63,538 bases of DNA from an uncultured Staphylococcaceae bacterium (lineage in GTDB: Bacteria; Bacillota_I; Bacilli_A; RFN20; CAG-826): assembly GCA_964480275.1 (NCBI GenBank), contig CAYZOC010000001.1, forward strand, positions 1 through 63,538, written 5' to 3'. This document shows, piece by piece, positions 37,537-47,069 of this stretch. How positions within the stretch are numbered: position 1 is the stretch's first letter; each line of letters begins with the position of its first letter. The position numbers and the translations under genes are program-made. The notes below the pieces were generated by a model that saw only the letters and a program-made list of their open reading frames with translations, searched no databases and was not told where the DNA came from.

Positions 37537-38916
37537 ATGAAAAAGTTTGATTATTCCACCCTTTATTACATGAGTAAGCATTTTAGCTCAACACTAGTTG
37601 GTCAATATATTAATCGTCTTTTTCTTGTGAGCGAACATGATTTTTATCTAAGTCTTGCCAAAAGGAATACGGGACTTTTCATCAGTTTAAACAATAGCAA
37701 CCCGTTTATTGAATTAATTACGGAAAAAATTAACTTTCCAAAAATAAAAAAAGACAGTCATTTAACGACAATTTTCACCCATCATCTTGAGCATAGTAAG
37801 ATTAGTGATGTCGCACTAATTGACGGACAAAAAGTCCTAGTGCTAACACTAAATAAACACTACGAAAATTTGACTGAACGTGTTTTCAAACTTTATATTG
37901 AATTAATTACCGCCCATCCTAATTTAATTGTCGTCGATGAACATGAGGACATTGTTAGTCTCTACCGCGCTAGCAAACATTTTCAAGCTGAGAGAATTTT
38001 ACGAATTGCTCAGCCCTATCACTTAAAAGAAATTAACAAGAAGTTCCTTGTTGAGGATGTTAGAAATTTAAACGATTTTACAGCACAATATCTAGCGGAA
38101 AATCACCTGGCAATTATGCGAAAAAATCATTCCAAACTCTTTAGTCATATCAAAGCAAGTATCAAAAGATTGACAAATAAAAAGAAAAATATCGCTAACG
38201 AATTAGCCAAGATGCCTGATAGTCAAATCGCCAATTATTATGGCCAACTTCTTCTAACTTATAAACCAGAAATCAATGATGAAAAAGTTAGTATCTTTGA
38301 AGAAGCAATCGAAGTCGATCCAAGTCTTGATGCCATAAGGAACGCAACAATTTGGTTTAATCGCGCAAAAAAAACTCGGAGTGCAGTTATAAATAAAAAA
38401 ATCCAAGTCGAACAAATCGACCAAGAACTAAGCTATTACCAAACTCTAGCGAAACAAATTCAACTTTTAGATGATGAGGGACTAAATGAAGTCGAAATTG
38501 AACTAAATATTAACTCTAAGTCTTTTAATAAAAAATCAAATGCTTCCTCTATTAAACCCTATTATGTTAATTACGAAAATATCCGGATTGCTTTTGGTAA
38601 AAACAATTTACAAAATGACTATTTGAGTTTTAAACTTGCAAATAAGAGCGATACTTTTATGCATATTCGCAATAATCCAGGATCGCATATTGTGATTTTT
38701 ACTGCTAATCCTGACCAGCATTTACTAAGTATAGCTGCCCAAATCGGTTTATATTTAGCAAAAATTCCTAGTGGCGAATTCACATATACGAAATGCAAAA
38801 ACATTAAAAAAGGGCCATTCCCTGGTAGTGTGGTTCTTAAAGAAGAAACTACGATATATCAACGAGAAAATACCCAACAAATCAAACAAATAATGGAAAG
38901 TATTCAGCGCTTTTAA
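37537..38916 (+). CDS. rqcH: ribosome quality-control protein RqcH (NFACT family, YloA-like), short form
   Basis: NFACT-N-like N-terminus, coiled-coil middle and an NFACT-R/DUF814-like C-terminus (FGKNNLQNDYLSF...HIRNNPGSHIVIF). It sits beside gmk, as yloA does in B. subtilis. Confidence 0.7.
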   Translation: MKKFDYSTLYYMSKHFSSTLVGQYINRLFLVSEHDFYLSLAKRNTGLFISLNNSNPFIELITEKINFPKIKKDSHLTTIFTHHLEHSKISDVALIDGQKVLVLTLNKHYENLTERVFKLYIELITAHPNLIVVDEHEDIVSLYRASKHFQAERILRIAQPYHLKEINKKFLVEDVRNLNDFTAQYLAENHLAIMRKNHSKLFSHIKASIKRLTNKKKNIANELAKMPDSQIANYYGQLLLTYKPEINDEKVSIFEEAIEVDPSLDAIRNATIWFNRAKKTRSAVINKKIQVEQIDQELSYYQTLAKQIQLLDDEGLNEVEIELNINSKSFNKKSNASSIKPYYVNYENIRIAFGKNNLQNDYLSFKLANKSDTFMHIRNNPGSHIVIFTANPDQHLLSIAAQIGLYLAKIPSGEFTYTKCKNIKKGPFPGSVVLKEETTIYQRENTQQIKQIMESIQRF

Positions 38917-39422
38917 TCTAAATCGAGTGGATCAACTTTTAAAACTTCATGATCACTAAGATTATAAAAGCCTTGTTGGCGTAATAGTTCATAACTAACG
39001 ATAGCAACACTATTAGCCAAATTTAGACTTCGCGCATTAGGCACCATTGGTATTCTTAATAATCGATGCTTATGAGTTTTTAATATTTCGTGGGGAATGC
39101 CTTTGTCCTCTGAACCAAACATTAAAAAATAGTCACTAGCAATACTAGTAAAATCAAACTGAGCATAGGTTTTATTCGCATAACGTGTGACATAATAAAT
39201 GTCTTTATTTGCGTGGCTTTTTAAAAATTGTTGATAGTCTTGATAATACTCAAACGGAAGACGAGAAATATAGTCCATTCCTGCGCGAACGAGACTTTTC
39301 TCATTTAATTCATAAGGAAGTGGGCCGATGATATGAAGATGAGCCCCAATAGCCATGCATGTCCGCATGATATTACCGGTGTTACTGGGAATAAGAGGTC
39401 GATATAGAACAATGTGTAACAT
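38913..39422 (-). CDS. trmL: tRNA (cytidine/uridine-34 2'-O)-methyltransferase, SpoU/TrmL family
   Basis: Starts MLHIVLYRPLIPSNTGNIMRTC and contains FGSEDKGIP and SLNLANSVAIV. Start at ATG 39422, after GGAGAA. Confidence 0.85.
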   Translation of the reverse strand: MLHIVLYRPLIPSNTGNIMRTCMAIGAHLHIIGPLPYELNEKSLVRAGMDYISRLPFEYYQDYQQFLKSHANKDIYYVTRYANKTYAQFDFTSIASDYFLMFGSEDKGIPHEILKTHKHRLLRIPMVPNARSLNLANSVAIVSYELLRQQGFYNLSDHEVLKVDPLDLD

Positions 39423-39485
39423 AAGTTTTCTCCTTACTCGTTTGTAATAGTAACATTTTATTAACTTTTCGACTATAATTAGACT

Positions 39486-40301
39486 ATGAAAAAACAAGAA
39501 AAATTAGCATTTATTAAACGTGTCGAAACCCTGAGCAAAACGAAAGTCAAAACGATTGCTTTTATCAATAATGGGATAACAAATGATAATTATTTAATCA
39601 ACGATGCTTTTATTTATAAGGTCAAAAACCCCTTGATTTCCCATCAAAACAACCTTAAGAATGAAACAACACTCGCTAATTATTTATCATCACGTGCACT
39701 AACACCAAGACATCACTTTTTCACCAATGAAGTGATCATCGACTATTTAGCTGACACAACGTTCATAAATTGTAGCAACTATGACAAATACTTAGCAAAA
39801 CTAGTCGAAGCAATCAAAACGATTCACGATTTGCCGCTTCAAGGTTTTAGTGGTTTTAATATGTTTGAACGTTTAGAGTTCTACCAAAAGAGTTGTAATC
39901 ACGAATCTTTAAAGGGCTTAGAAAAAATCATAGAACGCACTAAATATTATTATACAAAAGCAAAACTTACAGTAACCCATAATGATCTTGTTAATGGCAA
40001 TATCTTGGTTCGTAACGATGAATTATACTTAATCGACTTTGAATATTGTGGCATTAATGATCCCGATTTTGATGTAGTCTCCTTTCTTAGTGAAAATGAA
40101 TTTGTTGATCAAGAAGTAAGAGATGAATTTTATAAGTGTTACTATCAGGAAGAAGAAATCCCTTTCGACAAACTCATTATATACTTTAAATTTGCCGATG
40201 CGCTTTGGTATTATTGGGCATTATATGCTTACAAAAAGACTAAAAAGGCAATTTTTCTACAAATTGCCAAGCTTAAACGTGAAAATTATAATAAGAATTA
40301 G
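39486..40301 (+). CDS. choline/ethanolamine-kinase-family phosphotransferase
   Basis: APH/ChoK catalytic motifs are present: VTHNDLVNGNIL and LIDFEYCGINDPDFD. Confidence 0.65.
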   Translation: MKKQEKLAFIKRVETLSKTKVKTIAFINNGITNDNYLINDAFIYKVKNPLISHQNNLKNETTLANYLSSRALTPRHHFFTNEVIIDYLADTTFINCSNYDKYLAKLVEAIKTIHDLPLQGFSGFNMFERLEFYQKSCNHESLKGLEKIIERTKYYYTKAKLTVTHNDLVNGNILVRNDELYLIDFEYCGINDPDFDVVSFLSENEFVDQEVRDEFYKCYYQEEEIPFDKLIIYFKFADALWYYWALYAYKKTKKAIFLQIAKLKRENYNKN

Positions 40302-40831
40302 TCTTTTTTAAATTTCTCTTGGTATGACCTAAGTGCAGATTCAATCATTTCAATCGCCCGGTCCCGATCTTGAACTTGGTGGACAACCGTTTGTTTGCCC
40401 TCTAGTGTCTTATAAACTTGGAAAAAATGCCTAATTTCTTGGAAAAGATGATCTGGTAGTTCATTGATTGAGCGATATTTTGCATAGGTTGGATCCTTTT
40501 CGCATATCGCAATAATTTTTTCATCAACTTCGCCAGAATCAATCATTTTAATCGCCCCAATGGGGATACAATTAACAATTGTCATTGGAATAAGCGGCTG
40601 TGAAGAAAGAATTAGGACATCAAGAGGGTCATTATCATCCGCATAGGTTAAGGGAATAAAACCATAATTTTGTGGGTAGTGAGTTGAAGTATAAAGAATC
40701 CGATCAAGTTTTAACATTCCTGATTCTTTATCTAGTTCATACTTGCTTGCCCCACCCTTTGGAATCTCCACGATTGCCGTGAAAAGTTCTGGTGTTACGC
40801 GCTCAGGATTCATATCATGCCAAATATTCAT
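40298..40831 (-). CDS. ppa: inorganic pyrophosphatase (family I)
   Basis: Contains EIPKGGASKYELD, YPQNYGFIP and DDNDPLDVL. Confidence 0.93.
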   Translation of the reverse strand: MNIWHDMNPERVTPELFTAIVEIPKGGASKYELDKESGMLKLDRILYTSTHYPQNYGFIPLTYADDNDPLDVLILSSQPLIPMTIVNCIPIGAIKMIDSGEVDEKIIAICEKDPTYAKYRSINELPDHLFQEIRHFFQVYKTLEGKQTVVHQVQDRDRAIEMIESALRSYQEKFKKD

Positions 40832-41198
40832 AATTTTACCTCACAAAATAATTATAATAGTCATTTTAATAAATTTACTCACCTTAAATTCAATTAAATT
40901 AAAGTGCTATTCGTTATTTATAAAACAATGATACCCTAGCACAAATAAAAAATCCATAGTTTGTCGAAAAAAGCAAGAAACAAGTGAATGGGTGTTCACT
41001 TATTATTTAGAACAATTACTAATTTTTAATCATCGTTTTAATAAATAGTTGTGTGATTTACAACTCAGCAAGGATAAAAACCACATTATCTAAAGATAAT
41101 ATCTAAATCTCTTTATCTTTATGTAAAAATTTTTTATAATGTCTCCACGTGTTAAAAAAACGTCCCCATAATTTATAAGCTTAAACTAAGGAGGTTTT

Positions 41199-42836
41199 AT
41201 GAGTTTTAAGATTACAATCAACGGCCAAGTAAAAACGTTTGATCAACCAGTCAGCGTCCTTGACCTACTAGCAGATGACCACAATTTCTACTGTGCACTT
41301 GTTAACAATCGTGTAAGGGAACTTACCTACTCGATCACTCAAGATGCGACAGTCGAACCACTTACCCTTGTTCATTCCGAATCGGTAAGAATTTATCAAA
41401 CATCACTCCGTTATCTTGTTGCGATGGCAATGAGTCGGATTAGACCTGATGTTAAGATACGTTTTTCTTATAATGTCTCTCGTTCTATTTTCATTCAAAT
41501 TCTCAATGAAGGTGTTCGCGCCGACCGTGAATTAGTTCATGAACTAGAACAAGAAATGACACGACTAATTGAAAAAGATATACCATTAGTCAGAAGTAAA
41601 ATCACTGTTGAAGAAGCAGCAAAATTATATAAGGAACGCGGCTTTGAAGACAAATTAGAAGTTCTTAAGTACCGCCCAGAACAAACCGTACACATGTACG
41701 AATGCGATGGATACTTGAACTACATGTATGGATTTATGGTTCCTTCGACCGGTTATTTGAAAAACTGGATTCTTAAACCATATAGTCCCGGGATGTTGCT
41801 ACAATATCCTCGTAGTGAGTCCAAGGGTCAAATCCCGGAATTTAAGGATGCACCAACGTTTGGTAAAACTTTAAAACAATCACATGCTTGGGCTAAAAAG
41901 GCTGGTCTTGAGAGTGTGACCGGTATTAACAAATACATTGAGCAAGGTCATTCAATTGATCTAATTAATATTTGTGAGGCACGTCACTATCAACAACTAA
42001 CCGAATTAGGTTCGAAAATTATTGATGAGAGTGATATTCGTCTTATATGCATCGCTGGTCCTTCAAGCAGTGGTAAAACAACTTTTGCCAACCGCTTAAG
42101 AATCGAACTTATGAGTCGTGGACTTCGCCCAATTCGTCTTTCAATCGATGATTACTATTTACCTCGTGGTCAAGCGCCAAAAGATGAAGATGGAAAACCT
42201 GATTTAGAGTCAATTTATGCTCTAGATATTGAACTATTCAATCAAAATATGCTTGACTTGATTAATGGCGAAAAAGTTCAACTACCAAAATTTGATTTCA
42301 ACACTGGCAAACGTGTCCCTGGTCGTGTTCTTCAGGTTGAAGATGATCAACCTATTATTATCGAGGGCATCCACGCTCTTAATGAACAGTTAACGACACT
42401 AATTCCAAAACACCAAAAATACAAGATTTATATTTCCCCACAAGCACAAATTAATCTTGATGACCAAAACCCAATTTCCTTGACTGACTTACGACTACTT
42501 CGTCGTCTTGTCCGTGACAAAAAGTTCCGTAACGCTAGTGCGGTCGAAACAATGTCAATGTGGCCAAGTGTCCGTAAAGGAGAATTTACTTGGATTTATG
42601 ATACGCAAGAAAGCGCTGATTATGTTTACAACTCAGTTCTAAGTTATGAACTACCTGTAATGCGCAAACACGCCCTTCCCGTTTTAAATGAAATCGATCG
42701 TGAAAGTGAATACTGGCCACTTGCAGAACGGCTCATCCGCATGCTTAAGTACTTTGTTGACCTTGATGAAGAATGGATTCCATCCAACTCACTAATGCGT
42801 GAATTTGTCGGTGGAAGCTGCTTCCACGACGTATAG
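41199..42836 (+). CDS. uridine-kinase/PRK-family nucleoside kinase fused to a ThrRS-like (TGS plus second additional domain) N-terminal region
   Basis: The N-terminal ~250 aa resemble the ThrRS N-terminus. The C-terminal half has the P-loop IAGPSSSGKTTFANRL and IIIEGIHALNE. Strong RBS AAGGAGG. Confidence 0.65.
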   Translation: MSFKITINGQVKTFDQPVSVLDLLADDHNFYCALVNNRVRELTYSITQDATVEPLTLVHSESVRIYQTSLRYLVAMAMSRIRPDVKIRFSYNVSRSIFIQILNEGVRADRELVHELEQEMTRLIEKDIPLVRSKITVEEAAKLYKERGFEDKLEVLKYRPEQTVHMYECDGYLNYMYGFMVPSTGYLKNWILKPYSPGMLLQYPRSESKGQIPEFKDAPTFGKTLKQSHAWAKKAGLESVTGINKYIEQGHSIDLINICEARHYQQLTELGSKIIDESDIRLICIAGPSSSGKTTFANRLRIELMSRGLRPIRLSIDDYYLPRGQAPKDEDGKPDLESIYALDIELFNQNMLDLINGEKVQLPKFDFNTGKRVPGRVLQVEDDQPIIIEGIHALNEQLTTLIPKHQKYKIYISPQAQINLDDQNPISLTDLRLLRRLVRDKKFRNASAVETMSMWPSVRKGEFTWIYDTQESADYVYNSVLSYELPVMRKHALPVLNEIDRESEYWPLAERLIRMLKYFVDLDEEWIPSNSLMREFVGGSCFHDV

Positions 42837-42853
42837 AAATTTCTAATTTAGTA

Positions 42854-42887
42854 AAAAAAGAAGCCACGTTAATTCGTGGCTTTTTTC
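42854..42887. terminator. bidirectional terminator
   Basis: aagccacg-ttaatt-cgtggctt, flanked by A7 and T6 runs. The stop codon of the convergent 370-aa ORF lies in the loop. Confidence 0.7.
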
Positions 42888-43981
42888 GTTAGGTTTTTGT
42901 AACGTTCAACTTCCTTTTTTTGCATTCTCTTCATTTCAAAATAATAAAGGGATCTGACTTGATCATAATGTTTTTTCTCGTTTTCGCTAAGGAGTGAGAA
43001 ATAGGCGACCCGAAATATGTTTTCTAGACGGAAGAAAGAGTCATAGAGATTAATAATTGTCAACATCGCAAAAAAGTCACGCCGCGAATATATTAAAACG
43101 GGAGAACTATGATTAACTTCGCTCGCCATTTGATACATCTTATTATATTCTTTTAGTCCCGCGATCGTCTCGAGGCCATCACGGAAATTAAATTTTATAT
43201 TATCTTTAGTAATACCTGGAACTTCGCGCAACCAGCCATATTCAATAAAGCGTTTAGTGTCCTTACTTCTTAGATCAAACTCGCGCATTGTAGCTTTGAT
43301 TTCAACGAAAAGTTCATCACACACTTCAGGTGAAAGTACCTTGTTATATGCATCTGCATATTGCATATGACGAAGATAAGAAGCAATAACATTTTCGCCA
43401 TATTTTGTTAGTATCGTCAAAGTCGCCTCAAGTTCATGCATTGTCCGCCACGTTGTAAATGCTTCGGTTTCAAAGCCGTTAACAAGTAGAGTTGTAATTG
43501 CTTTAATGAGACTAAACGACTTATTCAACATATCAATTACTAGGGTTTTTTTAGGTTCTTGTTTTTTAAATAATTCCAGCTTTTTCAATACGAAATTTGT
43601 AAAAACGTTAATTGTCGAAATCGGCGGGAAAAACTGACTCATAAGCCGCTTAGAATCATACTTAAAATGAACATCAGCAGCATACTTATCAACAACACTA
43701 TTAACTAATAAAGCAACAAAGGCATCACTTTCAATATCAACGTCACTACTATCAAGATTAAGCCGATAAAAAAAATCATTAACTAAATATAGTACGAGCC
43801 GAACATTATCAAGATTTTGTAAGGCAAAATTTGCGTTTTGCCCAGCAATAATGTCATAGACCTCAAGAATTTCTAAATAACGCTCAAAAAAGTAGTCACT
43901 ATTGACCTGTTCTTTAAAACCAAGTGAATTTATTAGTTTCGTAAATTGATTTTTATCTAAAGCGATATATTGCCGTTCCAT
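42869..43981 (-). CDS. hypothetical protein, third gene of the addB-addA operon
   Basis: 370-aa ORF with helix-favouring composition and no motif I recognise. It starts 16 nt after the addA stop, with no intervening terminator. Confidence 0.55.
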   Translation of the reverse strand: MERQYIALDKNQFTKLINSLGFKEQVNSDYFFERYLEILEVYDIIAGQNANFALQNLDNVRLVLYLVNDFFYRLNLDSSDVDIESDAFVALLVNSVVDKYAADVHFKYDSKRLMSQFFPPISTINVFTNFVLKKLELFKKQEPKKTLVIDMLNKSFSLIKAITTLLVNGFETEAFTTWRTMHELEATLTILTKYGENVIASYLRHMQYADAYNKVLSPEVCDELFVEIKATMREFDLRSKDTKRFIEYGWLREVPGITKDNIKFNFRDGLETIAGLKEYNKMYQMASEVNHSSPVLIYSRRDFFAMLTIINLYDSFFRLENIFRVAYFSLLSENEKKHYDQVRSLYYFEMKRMQKKEVERYKNLTKKATN

Positions 43982-43997
43982 ATGAATATCTTAACAT

Positions 43998-46900
43998 TTA
44001 TCCCACCTGTTTTATATAGTAGTAATTAACTTTCATAATTGAAAGTAAGTATATTCTTACTGGGCGATGAAAACTATTTAGCAGAAAGCTTGCATAGTGT
44101 TCAAGTTGGAGTTGATATTTCTCATCTTCAGTTGCAGCAAGCTTATAATCAATCAGATCAATATAGTCATCACGAACAATAAATAAGTCAATAATCGCTT
44201 CACTATCTTTCGTAATATCATAGAAGCGATATTCTTTATAAACATTTTCTTCGTTAACACTATTAAACAAGTCTAGTGCTAAAACTTTATCAATTTTTTG
44301 GCGCTTCTCTTTATCATTAATAAAACTAGTATCCTTACTCGCCAAATTAACAATTTCTAAGTAGCGATGGTATTGGCGACCCACCTTCAGAACTTCTTGA
44401 AGTTTTGTATCAAAAAGTGTTACCTTTTTACTTGCGCGTTGTTGGTCTTTAACAACAAGCGGTAACGATATTTTTGCTAAAGAAAAGTGGTGAATGGCAC
44501 TATTATCAATACTTGGTGCTTTTTCGATTGTTCCTAATTGTTTAGCAACAAGGCGTTCTTGATAATATTTTGTTAGACCAAGCAAATCAAGATTAGATTT
44601 TGCACTAATTTGCCGTGTGATATATTCTTTTTCTGAAACTGGAGCTAGGGCCATCATTTTTTCTTCCGCCCGCGTTAAGGCAACATATAAAAGACGAATT
44701 TCTTCACTAATCAATTCAATCTTATTTGCATAAAAGTTTAGATTATAAGCAATGCTTTTTGCCTCATTAATCTTGCCAGTAGGTAAAATTAGCCCGTATT
44801 TAGCACTGACTTTAAAAGAACTATGAAGACTGTTAAAATTGAAGCCACTATAAAAGCCAATCAAATAGACAAGAGGAAACTCTAAACCCTTCGATGTATG
44901 AATTGTCATAATCTTGACAGCATTATCAATCGATTCACTGGCAGCCACTTCGATTTTTTCTTCATTTTTATAATAATATTCAAAATGCTCAATTAGGGCG
45001 GAAAAGTCCATGCCATAACTTTCGAGATTTTCAATCATTTTGAGAATTGTTACGAGCGTTTGCCGATTGTTATCAATGTCACCAAGCGAAATTAACTTTT
45101 TATTAATCGCAAAACTATCAATAATTTTTTCAACGATCAGTGAAGGGGCACTGTCGCCTAGTTGGTTTTTAATCGTCACCATTTTTTGATAAATCTCACT
45201 AGTTTTAAATGCTTGCTTGTCATTCATCAAATAATCATAGATCGTCTGATCATCAATATTATTGACGAAACTACGGGCAAAACTAATAAAACTTGTCTTA
45301 AAATCATCGCCAAAATCATCTTTTATTATCGTATTATAAAGTTTGATGGCACTAAAAAGAGTTTGAACCACCCGTGCTTCCTTGGCGTCAGCATTATCAG
45401 CGGTAAAAAGGGGAATTTGTAGTTCATTAAAAATACGAATAAAATCATCAAGCATTTTTCTTTTGCGACAAAGAATTGTAAAGTCGGAAAACATGACCTT
45501 ACGATGCTTTTTAATTTTTTTATCGTAAACTAAAAATCCCTGATTAATTTTACTAATAATGTCTTGTCCAACTATGTAGGCCTCGATCCGATCATTATTC
45601 AATTTTGGGTTTTTTTGATAATTAAACACCTCTAGTTGGTAGTCTTGTGAAGCAATTTCAACCTTGTCATAATCTTTATTACCAAACCCAATCTGGTGAT
45701 CTTTTTTATAATCCGCTCCACCAAAATCTAGAGTCATAATCTTGTTGAGCATACTATTAACACCATCAACAATTTGGCGCCTGCTACGATAGTTATCAAC
45801 TAAATTTAAAAGCGTCCCACCTTGAGATTGTTTGTATTTTTGGAATTTTGCCTGAAATATTTTTGGATTAGCATTTCTAAACCCATAAATTGATTGTTTA
45901 ATATCACCGACCATGTATACGTTATTACGAGCGATTTTTTGTACAAAATATTCTTGTATATCGCTTGTATCTTGGTATTCATCAACAAGGATAAATTTGT
46001 AGTTTTGCGCAATGATTTCATTGAGTTCATGGTTACTAACTATTTTATAAGCTAGGCGCGCTACATCTGCAAATGTATAAACGTTATGAAGATGTTTGAA
46101 ATGGTCCAATTTTTCCTTCATCGTGTTATATAATTCAATAATAAAAGTCGCAACCTTTTTTTCTCTTTCAAAGATATTATTAATGTCCTCGACAGTTCCA
46201 ACCTCAACCAATTTAAAAGTAGTTTTGATGGCTTTTATTATTTGCTTTAAAAGATTTAAGTCGTCGCTATATTCAACTTTCTTGACTTTATTACCGACCT
46301 TAGGTAGCGCGAGTGTCGAGATAACTTGATAGTAATCTTGATAGGTGGAAAGCGATGAAAAGTTTAAAGTCCACTCTTCGTAAATTGCCCGTACTTCATC
46401 ATGGTTGATCAGCTCTATAAGTTCAAATATTCCTTGCAACTCATCATAAATGAGTCTTGTATATTCTTCGATTAACTCGTTGAAACGAGTCTTAGAATAA
46501 TGGTTATTTACAAAGTCGTTAACGTATTTTTCAGCGTCGATTTCTAAATTGACCTGATTGTCAAATTCTTCAACAAGAGCAACTAAATTTTTATCATTAT
46601 TTTTTAAATAATCACGAATAAAGTTAGTCAGTCTTTCATCACCTACATCATAGTAGTTAGCAAGTGTGCTTTCAATTTCCTGGCGTCTTTTAATTTTATA
46701 AAGTCCCTGGTCAAAGATTGATATAGAGGGGTTGATATCAAGAATATAACTATATTTTTTGACAATTTTAAGCGCAAATGCATCAAAGGTAGTTATATCA
46801 CTGCTTTCAACTAAATTAGCAAGACCCTTGGTCGCATCATCTTCGGATAATTTGTCTTTAAGTCTAATTTTCAACTCTTTAGCGGCAAAATTTGTGAAAG

Positions 46901-47069
46901 TTAAAACTAGCAACTGGTCAAGACGCGCATCGCCGTTTTTAATTAACTCGTATAATCGCTGAATTAGTACTGCAGTTTTTCCACTTCCTGCACCAGCGGA
47001 TATTAAAACATTGCCTTCTTTATGAAGAATTGCCTGTTGTTGAAGTGGTGAAAAGTCACTAAGTTTCAT
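43998..47069 (-). CDS. addA: ATP-dependent helicase/nuclease subunit A (AddA/RexA), short form
   Basis: UvrD-like motifs are present (SAGAGSGKTAVL, VDEYQDTS, HTSKGLEF). The C-terminal RecB-type nuclease motif reads DLIDYKL...QLQLEHY. Confidence 0.88.
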   Translation of the reverse strand: MKLSDFSPLQQQAILHKEGNVLISAGAGSGKTAVLIQRLYELIKNGDARLDQLLVLTFTNFAAKELKIRLKDKLSEDDATKGLANLVESSDITTFDAFALKIVKKYSYILDINPSISIFDQGLYKIKRRQEIESTLANYYDVGDERLTNFIRDYLKNNDKNLVALVEEFDNQVNLEIDAEKYVNDFVNNHYSKTRFNELIEEYTRLIYDELQGIFELIELINHDEVRAIYEEWTLNFSSLSTYQDYYQVISTLALPKVGNKVKKVEYSDDLNLLKQIIKAIKTTFKLVEVGTVEDINNIFEREKKVATFIIELYNTMKEKLDHFKHLHNVYTFADVARLAYKIVSNHELNEIIAQNYKFILVDEYQDTSDIQEYFVQKIARNNVYMVGDIKQSIYGFRNANPKIFQAKFQKYKQSQGGTLLNLVDNYRSRRQIVDGVNSMLNKIMTLDFGGADYKKDHQIGFGNKDYDKVEIASQDYQLEVFNYQKNPKLNNDRIEAYIVGQDIISKINQGFLVYDKKIKKHRKVMFSDFTILCRKRKMLDDFIRIFNELQIPLFTADNADAKEARVVQTLFSAIKLYNTIIKDDFGDDFKTSFISFARSFVNNIDDQTIYDYLMNDKQAFKTSEIYQKMVTIKNQLGDSAPSLIVEKIIDSFAINKKLISLGDIDNNRQTLVTILKMIENLESYGMDFSALIEHFEYYYKNEEKIEVAASESIDNAVKIMTIHTSKGLEFPLVYLIGFYSGFNFNSLHSSFKVSAKYGLILPTGKINEAKSIAYNLNFYANKIELISEEIRLLYVALTRAEEKMMALAPVSEKEYITRQISAKSNLDLLGLTKYYQERLVAKQLGTIEKAPSIDNSAIHHFSLAKISLPLVVKDQQRASKKVTLFDTKLQEVLKVGRQYHRYLEIVNLASKDTSFINDKEKRQKIDKVLALDLFNSVNEENVYKEYRFYDITKDSEAIIDLFIVRDDYIDLIDYKLAATEDEKYQLQLEHYASFLLNSFHRPVRIYLLSIMKVNYYYIKQVG

